Position numbers and translations under genes: made by a program
In this document: piece by piece, positions 25,608 to 33,488 of the stretch
Position numbering within the stretch: position 1 is the first letter of the stretch
Layout: every line of letters starts with the position of its first letter
Source: an uncultured Halobacteriales archaeon
GTDB taxonomy: Archaea; Thermoplasmatota; E2; JACPAO01; JAHFTW01
DNA: 64,000 nt
Direction: 5' to 3'
NCBI GenBank assembly: GCA_964627625.1
Contig: CAZVJB010000001.1
Location: forward strand, 92,736-156,735
Notes under the pieces: generated by a model
Told to the model about the DNA's origin: nothing
The model's database searches: none
What the model saw: only the letters and a program-made list of their open reading frames with translations

Positions 25608-26435
25608 TCACTGCTTGGCGATGGCCCGCAGCGACGCCTCGACTTTGCTCTTGGACAAAGCGCTGGCCCCGCGGCCGGACGGAGACGCCTGCGCGGCCCC
25701 TGGGGCGTGCGGCCGGATGGCTAGCAGGTTGAGGGCGAGAAGGATGAACCAGCATGCAATCAGCGCGACAATGAGGCGTTGGACAATCGCAACCTGCGCC
25801 ATGCCGTTGGTGTCGGTGAGATAGTAGGCGATTCCGCCAGCAGCCACAAGAAGCCCAAACACCACGGAGGCGTCGGCAAACGGCCGCCAAGACCGGCGAC
25901 CCCGCAGGACCGGCCCTATCACGACCATGGCGATCCCAAGAAATATGAAGGTCGGCCACACGGCGTCGTTGTGGATGGCTCCGGATAGCGTGATAGCCTG
26001 CGGTGTCGGATCGGTAGGAAACGTCGCGATAAGGACGGCGCCAAGAGTGGAGAGCCAGAGCAGCACGAGGGCGGAGCGTGCGAGCAGCGACCCGGGCAGG
26101 TGCGACTGGAGCGCCAAGGTGAGGGCGACTCCGGCGACGGCGAAACTGTACGCGCCGGCAATCCAGAGCCAGGCATGGCGACTGCGCGCGAAATCGCTCA
26201 AGTGCCAAGGCTGGCTGTCAAGCGACGTTGCATGGAGGGCCAAGACCGCAAGGACGAACTCGACGATGCCGGCAATGCCCAGCCAGGCGAGGAACTTCGT
26301 GCGGCGCGAGATGGGCAGCCATTCGGGGGCCGCGACGAGTTGGGCGAGGATGGGCGCCTCCGGCACGTCGGACGACGGTGCGTTGCCGCTCACGTCAGGT
26401 TCGTGCGTTGGCGGCGCTGCCATTACAGCATCCAT
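25608..26435 (-). CDS. DUF998-like membrane protein (paralog of 24244-24969)
   Basis: LALHATS...IATFPTDPTP...GAIHNDAV parallels LHFVN...DIFPTDATP...GALHDIAA. Start chosen at MDAVMAAP. Confidence 0.55.
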   Translation of the reverse strand: MDAVMAAPPTHEPDVSGNAPSSDVPEAPILAQLVAAPEWLPISRRTKFLAWLGIAGIVEFVLAVLALHATSLDSQPWHLSDFARSRHAWLWIAGAYSFAVAGVALTLALQSHLPGSLLARSALVLLWLSTLGAVLIATFPTDPTPQAITLSGAIHNDAVWPTFIFLGIAMVVIGPVLRGRRSWRPFADASVVFGLLVAAGGIAYYLTDTNGMAQVAIVQRLIVALIACWFILLALNLLAIRPHAPGAAQASPSGRGASALSKSKVEASLRAIAKQ

Positions 26436-26541
26436 GGTTGGTTGGGGGAACGATGTAGAAGCGCACATTCTCTCATCAGAGAAACACCTGCGTCCGCAGC
26501 ACTCCTTAACCGTTCTCGCCGGGGCATCAAAGGGAGGCGAG

Positions 26542-26578
26542 AAAAACGCGTGCGACCCCGACCGCAAAACGTTTTTTT
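26542..26578 (-). terminator. oligo-T tracts downstream of atpD (- strand)
   Basis: The - strand reads cgttttgcgg ... gcgtttttctcgcc. The + strand has the palindrome aaaacgtttt followed by a T7 run. Confidence 0.3.
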
Positions 26579-26650
26579 CGCGGCGGACAAGACAGGTCTG
26601 GGTCACGCGACGCGACGCATGGTCCTATCAATGGCTGTCGCAACCAGGGC

Positions 26651-27292
26651 TCAGGCCGAGGCCTTCGTCTTGGATTTCGCCTTGATCCGCTTCATACTGA
26701 AGAGGCCCTCGCGTTCCATTTCTTCAAGGCGGAAGGCGATGAACTTCTTGATTTCGTCGAGCTCCGGCAGGACCTTGAATTCGAGGGCGTTTACGCGGCG
26801 CTTGGTCTTCTCGACTTCGTCCAAAAGGCGCTTGATGGCGGTCTCCAATTCGGCGGCCAGGATGAGCTGTTCCACTAGGGCTTCGTAGGCGCCGACGGCG
26901 TCGTCGATGGCGGGACTCGTGCCGACCAGACCGTAGCCGCGCTCAGACAGGGTGTGGCGGACCGCTGTCGCCCGGATTTTTGGGACGCGGACCCCCATGA
27001 TGTTGTGCTCCTGCAGCGAAATACTTGGGGGATTGGCGGCGGTATATGCAACGCTGCGGACTGCAATGGCACCTTCGATGGCGGCGGCGACCTGGATGGC
27101 TTCCTGGGCTAGGCCGTAGCGCCGTACGAGGTCAGTGCGAATTGACTTCACCTTCGGCAGGATGGCGAAGATTTCGTACATGAGGCCGTCCCGCTTCTTC
27201 TTCAAGAGGTTATAGCCCGACTTGGAGAGCGCAATCTTGCGCTTGACGTTGATGAGCTCGCTCCGCGTCGGGGTGACGTTCTGGGCGGCCAT
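26651..27292 (-). CDS. atpD: A/V-type ATP synthase subunit D
   Basis: MAAQNVTPTRSELINVKRKIALSKSGYNLLKKKRDGL ... RRVNALE. Start trimmed from the track extension. Confidence 0.9.
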   Translation of the reverse strand: MAAQNVTPTRSELINVKRKIALSKSGYNLLKKKRDGLMYEIFAILPKVKSIRTDLVRRYGLAQEAIQVAAAIEGAIAVRSVAYTAANPPSISLQEHNIMGVRVPKIRATAVRHTLSERGYGLVGTSPAIDDAVGAYEALVEQLILAAELETAIKRLLDEVEKTKRRVNALEFKVLPELDEIKKFIAFRLEEMEREGLFSMKRIKAKSKTKASA

Positions 27293-27344
27293 GGACTGGC
27301 GGCCGACAGAGGGGTGCGGGATAAACCTTGAGACCACCTCAGGG

Positions 27345-29339
27345 TCACACTTTGGCGTGGAAGCGGACCCCATACTCGGCGTGCGACCGGTCCCGCGCGA
27401 AGAAGTAGAACGGCCCGTCCGTCGTGCAGGTGACGGTGTCCCCGATTGCGACGTTCCCCGTCGTCGGCCACTGGCATTCAGCGCCTTGCTGGACTGACAC
27501 GGAGGTCGACCGGTCGCCCGTGCGGACCGCGATCCCCTGCCACGGATATGGACCCTGGAGAACCGAGACGACCTGCATTGTCCCGCCCGGGGCATTGACA
27601 CTGTCATGCCCGCAGAAAGCGATGTTGGCGGACCCATCGTACTGGAACAGCGCAGGACGACATGCCCGCACGGTTAGAGCAAGGGAATAAGACGGCATTC
27701 CCGAAGTGGCGACCACGCGGACGTAGAACGTGCCCTGCTCGAGCTTCATGTTGGCTGCGTCCGGCGCGCCGCTTTGGGTCTCAGGCGGACTTAATCCCTT
27801 GAGGAGCCAGCCAAGCTCGTCACGCAGGACCTTAAAGGCCACGGCGCCGCCCGATGCACTTGCGGTGAGCGAAACGTGGGATGGCCCCACAAGCGCGAAG
27901 GCGAACCAGTCCTCGTCGTGGATTCCATCAATGATGTATGGGCCGTTTTGGCCCGTTGCCAGCGTCGTGGCTTGGTTCCATCGATTGTCATAGTCGGCAT
28001 AGTACGCAGCCGGGTCGCGCCTCTCCAGGTCAATGCTGTAGGGCCCCGTTGACGCACCGTTGCCAATGCGGATGAAGTAAGAGCCCGGGTCGAGAAGCTG
28101 GCTGGAGTTGCCGGGTGATTCGCCAGGCACGGGCTGCAGGCGAAGGGGCAGTCCAGCCGCGTCCTGAAGATCCCAGGGCGCCGGGTTCACGCCATGGAAC
28201 CGCACGACTACGACCCTCAGGGCGTCCAGGTCGAAGCGGTACCAATCCGTGTCGCGTGAAGGCTTGAGTTCGAACGGGCCGTTGGCGCCGTCGTGAAGCA
28301 TTGTGGCGTTATCCTTCGCGTCGTTGCCATCCGGCCGCCACTGCGGAAGGTCGCATACGAGCGGTGCCCCGAGGCGCCCGGCAAGCCGACCCGCGACCGC
28401 GTCCACGAGCGCGGGCCGGGCCCCCGTCGTTTCGCGTCTTTGGGCCAGTTGGACCGTGATGAAGACTTCGTCCTTCCACATCACTGACGCCACGTTGCAC
28501 TGCTCGCCTCCCGCTTCTGCGCGATGGTGCTTGTACGTGTCACCCAAGCGCGCGACTACGACGACGGCCGAGGCGGAGTCACCGGCCGGCCAAAACATCG
28601 AAGCATACGATGGGTTGCCGGCGTGGGCCCGGTCGACGGATCCCGGCGACGAAGCCAATCCCCAAGCCGCGAGGAGGTCGTGCCCGGAGCCCTCGTTGGG
28701 CACGGCCGTCCAACCCGGCGGCATATCATCGAGGGTCGCGACGTACGACGCCAGCGCCTGCGTGTCGGCCCGTGGCACCGTGCAGGCATCGACGGCGCCC
28801 GTGGCTGCCTTAATCTGCTCGACCACCGACGCTACGTCGGCAACGAATCGATCCAGCACCTGGCCGGAAGGCAACGGCCCCATGATGGTGAAGAATCCCT
28901 GCGTGGTCAGGAACCGGCCATGCACGAGCGTCGTGGAAAGGCCGGCGGACGTGGCACAGTAGCGTGAACCGCCGTCTTCATTCGCACGGTACAACTCGAG
29001 CGCCGCCGCCGTCGGGAACTCCATGACGATACTGGTGATGCGCGGTTGTCCATCCGGATTGACGTATGTGCCCAGGTAGATGTTCGGCGCGTTCCCGGCG
29101 AGATACCCCTTGGTGTCGTTTGCGGACATGAGTATCAGCCCCGGGTTTTCTGCGGATAATCCTGGCTGGTTCGATCGTAGGCCGGGATCTTCGGCGACGT
29201 AGCCCTGGGGGAGCGAATACGAGCCGGCCATGTAGGCCTTCCAGGCCGTAGTTCCAGAATCATCTCCCGGCGCGACGCAGCCCGCCAACATGGCTGCGCC
29301 GACGGCAAGAAGCGCCAGCGCCGCGGCCATCTTTCCCAT
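27345..29339 (-). CDS. large lipoprotein with two pre-peptidase-C-terminal-like (D.DW[YF].F) domains
   Basis: LLAVGAAMLAGCVA lipobox. DTDWYRFDL and DEDWFAFAL motifs. Confidence 0.6.
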   Translation of the reverse strand: MGKMAAALALLAVGAAMLAGCVAPGDDSGTTAWKAYMAGSYSLPQGYVAEDPGLRSNQPGLSAENPGLILMSANDTKGYLAGNAPNIYLGTYVNPDGQPRITSIVMEFPTAAALELYRANEDGGSRYCATSAGLSTTLVHGRFLTTQGFFTIMGPLPSGQVLDRFVADVASVVEQIKAATGAVDACTVPRADTQALASYVATLDDMPPGWTAVPNEGSGHDLLAAWGLASSPGSVDRAHAGNPSYASMFWPAGDSASAVVVVARLGDTYKHHRAEAGGEQCNVASVMWKDEVFITVQLAQRRETTGARPALVDAVAGRLAGRLGAPLVCDLPQWRPDGNDAKDNATMLHDGANGPFELKPSRDTDWYRFDLDALRVVVVRFHGVNPAPWDLQDAAGLPLRLQPVPGESPGNSSQLLDPGSYFIRIGNGASTGPYSIDLERRDPAAYYADYDNRWNQATTLATGQNGPYIIDGIHDEDWFAFALVGPSHVSLTASASGGAVAFKVLRDELGWLLKGLSPPETQSGAPDAANMKLEQGTFYVRVVATSGMPSYSLALTVRACRPALFQYDGSANIAFCGHDSVNAPGGTMQVVSVLQGPYPWQGIAVRTGDRSTSVSVQQGAECQWPTTGNVAIGDTVTCTTDGPFYFFARDRSHAEYGVRFHAKV

Positions 29340-29363
29340 GGCGTCCCGCTCACGAAGGGGAGC

Positions 29364-29369
29364 CTTAAG
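29364..29369 (-). promoter_or_regulatory. TATA-like CTTAAG box
   Basis: cttaag centred about 27 nt upstream of ATG 29339 (- strand). Confidence 0.4.
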
Positions 29370-29636
29370 CCTTGGGTCGGGGAAGGACCAAGGCCGCTTT
29401 CGTTGGAAAGCACAGAGATGCAAGCGCCCGCTTCAACCAATCATGCGTTTGGCGCCAATTCTGAACCATTGCCCACACGGGTGACATCCATAAACCTTGA
29501 GGCATCTTCCAAGGATATGGAAGTCCACGGACGGCCATCGGGCACGTTGCTTCTTCAGGAGAAGACGGCGTCGCTCTCGGCAGGCAAGGACCTGTCCGCA
29601 ATGCTTTCAAGCACCCCCCGGTCTCGCCGGCCTGCA

Positions 29637-30197
29637 ATGTTCCTATACGAACTGAACCGCAAAGAAACCAAGGGCGAAGCCGACTTCCCTGTTGTCGGCG
29701 TCCAGGCGAAAGTCGCCGTCTCCCTTGATTTCGGCATGGTGGACGTTCCACCCAAGGCCCGCCGCCGGCTGGCCGCACAAGCCCTTCGCGACATGATTGC
29801 GAGCCTCGACGAGGAGGAACTGGTCGCGGCGACGCCTGGCTTCCTAACGCCCGAGCCCACGGCCGCCCTCCAGCAGGACCAGACTCCCCGCCGGCACGAC
29901 ACCTGGGTGCAGCCGTCGGGACTCGATTTGCGCATCGTCAAGTCAGCGCACCGCATCATCGCAGAAGTCGCAGAGAAGGGCGTCTCCGGCCGCATCGTTC
30001 TGGCCGCCGAACTCGTCGGTTCGATTGGCCTTTCCGCGCCGACGATTGGCCGCCTTCTGCGCGATGGCGAACCCGCAAACGACTACCTGAAGCAATACGT
30101 CATCATCACGCCCAACGGCCGCACGAAGGCCGTCGACCTCACCCCGGCTGGCCGCCTGCTTGCAAGCAAGATTCGCGCTGGCTCTGTGCCGATGTAG
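29637..30197 (+). CDS. hypothetical protein with C-terminal winged-helix-like segment
   Basis: LSAPTIGRLLRDGEPANDYLKQYVIITPNGRTKAVDLTPAGR looks HTH/wHTH-like. Start set where third-position G/C bias rises (the track ORF starts at 29403). Confidence 0.45.
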   Translation: MFLYELNRKETKGEADFPVVGVQAKVAVSLDFGMVDVPPKARRRLAAQALRDMIASLDEEELVAATPGFLTPEPTAALQQDQTPRRHDTWVQPSGLDLRIVKSAHRIIAEVAEKGVSGRIVLAAELVGSIGLSAPTIGRLLRDGEPANDYLKQYVIITPNGRTKAVDLTPAGRLLASKIRAGSVPM

Positions 30198-30226
30198 AAC
30201 AGGTCGTGGGCACGCAACGTGAAACC

Positions 30227-30649
30227 ATGAAGAACAAGCTCTCCGCCGCAGGGGTTGTTGGCATCTCTCTTGCGTTGGTCGCGGTCATGTCGGCCGGCTG
30301 CTCGTCGAGCGTACAGGGCGTCGTACCAGAACAGGATGCGCTCGGCCGCTACGTCATCCACATGACGAACAACTTGACGTTCAGCCCGGCCGAGGCAAAG
30401 GTGCCGCCTGGCGCCCGCGTGGTCTGGATCAACGACGCGACCGTTGAGCACGATGTCAACGGCTACGCCGGCGACCCTGCAGGAGAACGGACCGAGTTCA
30501 GTTCATCGCTCGTGCCGCCCCACGGCGACGGACGCATCCTCGGCCCCGGCGCCGAATATGAGCACGTTTTCCCCGCGGCCGGCACTTGGACAATCTGGTG
30601 TCACGCCCACCACGAAGAGCGCATGAAGGGACTCGTGCACGTGGGGTAG
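30227..30649 (+). CDS. lipobox blue copper protein (amicyanin/halocyanin-like cupredoxin)
   Basis: ALVAVMSAGCSS lipobox. Ligand pattern VEHDV ... WCHAHHEERMKG. Confidence 0.8.
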   Translation: MKNKLSAAGVVGISLALVAVMSAGCSSSVQGVVPEQDALGRYVIHMTNNLTFSPAEAKVPPGARVVWINDATVEHDVNGYAGDPAGERTEFSSSLVPPHGDGRILGPGAEYEHVFPAAGTWTIWCHAHHEERMKGLVHVG

Positions 30650-30809
30650 GGGCCGCCTGGCGCGTCCCAAAACCCACGACCGGCCATTACTGCCGGCAAG
30701 CGCGACCGGTAAACCGGCAAGCCATCAGACCGCCTCCCAACCGCATCCCTCGCCTAGCAAGGCCTTACAACCCCCTGCCCCAGTCCTCCTTTGGACGCAC
30801 GACCGTCCT

Positions 30810-31376
30810 TTGGTGAACTTGATGCCCCAGAACAAGCGAACGACCCTGATTGTGCTCTCCGGCCTCGCAGCCGGCTTCCTGCTACTTGCCCAATTCATCA
30901 ATTGGTTCGAGACGAGCGCCGGCAGCGCGTTCGGCTCCGTCTCGGCCGGCTTCAACGCATGGACGGTGAACTTCAGTGCCGGCGGATTCGGGTCGACCTC
31001 GGAAAGCTTCATCGGCAACATCGGAAGCGACGGGTCCACGTGGACATCGAACCTCATGGGCTTGACGGGGCTCCTCGTGCTTGCGGCGACGGTCCTGGCG
31101 GGCATCGCCATCCTGCCCCTTGTCCAGGGAAAGCCGGCACTTGCTGGTCGCCTTGGCATTATCGCGGGCGCCTGCGCTGCCACGGCCTTCCTGTTCGGAT
31201 TCATGTACAACTACGTCGGCGACAGCAAACCCAACCTTGACTTGTATTTCGGCATCGTTTTCCCACTCGCCGGAACAGTCCTGGCCTTTACGGCTGCGAC
31301 GATGACGAAGGCGTACGGGACGGGCAATGTCCCGGGCCCGACGACGCCACAGACAGCCGGCCGCCCCCGCCAGTAG
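30810..31376 (+). CDS. membrane protein, hypothetical
   Basis: Four hydrophobic segments. Alternative ATG at 30822. Confidence 0.55.
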   Translation: MVNLMPQNKRTTLIVLSGLAAGFLLLAQFINWFETSAGSAFGSVSAGFNAWTVNFSAGGFGSTSESFIGNIGSDGSTWTSNLMGLTGLLVLAATVLAGIAILPLVQGKPALAGRLGIIAGACAATAFLFGFMYNYVGDSKPNLDLYFGIVFPLAGTVLAFTAATMTKAYGTGNVPGPTTPQTAGRPRQ

Positions 31377-31551
31377 GGCGCCAAGCCCCGTGCGGCAGAC
31401 CGAGCACCATGCGTTCCGCGCTGCGCCACATCCGCGGATTCCGTCCCGACGTAGTGCAACGCAGCAGCGAGGCAATCGGCGGCAGGCTGCACGGCGGCCG
31501 GCGCGGCCAAGACTTTTGTAGCGTGCCCCGGCTCCGACCCGTGGCGCCTTG

Positions 31552-31815
31552 ATGCGCTTCAAACTGCTTGCCGCCGCTCTGCTTCTGACCGGCCTCTGCC
31601 TGGCCTTCGCCCCGACCGCCCAAGCCGGCCCGGTCGAGAAGGTGTATGATTCCCTGGCACCCGGCGAGGCGTGCTTCGCCTCGACCACGCTCGTCACGGG
31701 AAAACCGACATGCGTCGACCTCTCGCCCTTCTGGCCCGGCTGGGTCGACGAAGCCTGCTTCGCCGCCACCGTCCTCGTGACCGGCGAGCCGATGTGCATT
31801 GGCAACCCGTTGTAG
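31552..31815 (+). CDS. small secreted protein with duplicated C-x14-C motif
   Basis: Signal MRFKLLAAALLLTGLCLAFAPTAQA, then EACFASTTLVTGKPTCVD and EACFAATVLVTGEPMCIG. Confidence 0.55.
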   Translation: MRFKLLAAALLLTGLCLAFAPTAQAGPVEKVYDSLAPGEACFASTTLVTGKPTCVDLSPFWPGWVDEACFAATVLVTGEPMCIGNPL

Positions 31816-31980
31816 GGCAGCGCCGGGTGAAAAAGGAGCCACTCAATTGTAATCGAAGGTCGTGCGCCTCTCCTGGAAAGCATTGCCCTTGACCGCCCGT
31901 TGAAATATTCGACGGCGTTCCAATCTTGCTCCCGTTTCGCCCGAACAGCAGCGGAGATCCGGGGGGAAGGAGAAAAAATC

Positions 31981-32424
31981 ATGCCTGAAAAAACTCTGTA
32001 CGAACGGCTCGGTGGCGTGTTTGCCATCGCTGCGGTAGTGGACCACTTCAGCGACCAGATCGTCAAGAATGCCCAGGTGGGCGCGAAGTCTAAGAACCCT
32101 CAACTCCAGGAATGGCACACAGAGAAGTTGGACCGCCTGCCGGGCCTGAAATTCATGCGCACCTTATGGGTGTGCAAGGTCAGCGGCGGACCCTTCGAGT
32201 TCTCGGCGACCAAGCCCGGTCGCAACGAAGTGAGCCTTGAGGAAGCCCACCGCGGGTTCAAGATTTCCCCGGAGGAGTTCGATGAAGTCGCCGCGGAACT
32301 CGCTCGAAGCTTGGACCACTTCAAGGTTCCCAAGAAGGAGAAGCAGGAGGTCCTGGACGCCTTCGGGGCGCACAAGTCCGAGGTCAACGAGGGCTACACC
32401 CACGCTGTGGCCCCGAGTCGCTGA
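31981..32424 (+). CDS. group 1-like truncated hemoglobin
   Basis: LYERLGGVFAIAAVVDHF ... EEAHRGFKISPEEFDEV (proximal-His context). GAAGGAG Shine-Dalgarno-like string upstream. Confidence 0.7.
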   Translation: MPEKTLYERLGGVFAIAAVVDHFSDQIVKNAQVGAKSKNPQLQEWHTEKLDRLPGLKFMRTLWVCKVSGGPFEFSATKPGRNEVSLEEAHRGFKISPEEFDEVAAELARSLDHFKVPKKEKQEVLDAFGAHKSEVNEGYTHAVAPSR

Positions 32425-32635
32425 ACCCGAACCTGTTTCCCTCGTGCGCGCTTCGCGGTGAAGCTCCTTGCCGGTATCGCAGGAACCCTGTCGAACGTCA
32501 CCACCCGCCATCACCCTCAAATATCCCTCGACGTCAGCAGAGATTGCCCTCCATCCCTGTGCGCCCGGCGGCTTCGGCCTTCCGGACGACTAACAGGAGA
32601 CCGCGCAAGCGGGAAACGGGTCGGAGCAAACACAC

Positions 32636-33109
32636 ATGGCACAAACCATCGAGACCGTCGTCGACGGCGGCAAGGCAAACGCAGGACCTCTCGGCCCAGT
32701 CCTGGGCCCCGCGGGAGTCAACATGGGCAAGGTCGTCGCTGAGATCAACCTCAAGACGAAGGACTACGCCGGCATGAAAGTCCCGGTGAAGATCATAATC
32801 GACGACAAGAAGAACTTCGTCGTCGAGGTCGGCACACCGCCGGTCAGCCAACTCATCCTCTCGAAGACCAAAATCGAGAAGGGATCCGGCACGCCCAACA
32901 AGTCCGTCGCGGGCAACTTGACGTTCAAGCAGGCGATCGAGATCACCAGCATGAAGGGCAAGAAGATGCTCGGCGGCAGCCTCAAGGCGCGCGTCAAGGA
33001 AGTCGTCGGCACCTGCGTCTCCATGGGCGTCACCGTCGAGGGCCGCAACGCCAAGGAAATGTCCAAGGCCATCGCCGCCGGCGAGTACGACGCGCAGCTC
33101 AAGGACTGA
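32636..33109 (+). CDS. rpl11: 50S ribosomal protein L11 (uL11)
   Basis: GGKANAGPLGPVLGPAGVNMGKVV...KIEKGSG... Confidence 0.95.
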   Translation: MAQTIETVVDGGKANAGPLGPVLGPAGVNMGKVVAEINLKTKDYAGMKVPVKIIIDDKKNFVVEVGTPPVSQLILSKTKIEKGSGTPNKSVAGNLTFKQAIEITSMKGKKMLGGSLKARVKEVVGTCVSMGVTVEGRNAKEMSKAIAAGEYDAQLKD

Positions 33110-33161
33110 GCGTACGCAAGCCGCCTCGGATTCTGCGCCCGCAGCCAATCCTGCGGGAGTC

Positions 33162-33365
33162 GTGCCAGGCGTACGCGTCATCTTCTGGCTCTTCGTAGCG
33201 CTCGCGGCCGCAACAGCTGCGGGATTGACGCTGTTCGTCTTCACGGACGCAGGATGGCCCTACCGCCGGACCGTCTTCATCGCCATGGCCGTGGACTTGT
33301 CGATGCCCGTCGTTGCTTGGTTCATCATGAAGGCCATTACCAAGCGCCGCGCTGCTGCGTCGTAG
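33162..33365 (+). CDS. small two-TM membrane protein
   Basis: 67 codons, two hydrophobic helices, basic C-terminus. Confidence 0.4.
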   Translation: MPGVRVIFWLFVALAAATAAGLTLFVFTDAGWPYRRTVFIAMAVDLSMPVVAWFIMKAITKRRAAAS

Positions 33366-33455
33366 TCGGCAAGCAAGGCTTTCTGCCGCCTAACATTGGG
33401 CAACCGCGCGTATCACTCACGTACCACGCCAACCGGCCCGGCTCGCTGGTGAGTC

Positions 33456-33464
33456 AAGTTTAAC
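33456..33464 (+). promoter_or_regulatory. TATA-like box
   Basis: aagtttaac centred about 29 nt upstream of ATG 33489. Confidence 0.45.
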
Positions 33465-33488
33465 GGCGACGGCGAACTGTCTTGCCAC

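Noticed and set aside
30882-32066. 394-aa ORF on the - strand.
   Set aside because: It spans three independent + strand genes and their intergenic spacers. It is Arg/Ala-rich and not plausible as a single gene.
32425-32635. Possible L11/L1-type autoregulatory leader upstream of rpl11.
   Set aside because: There is only a TATA-like caaatatcc box (about 32517) and a weak GC stem. I could not recognise the 23S-mimic L1/L11 binding motif by eye.
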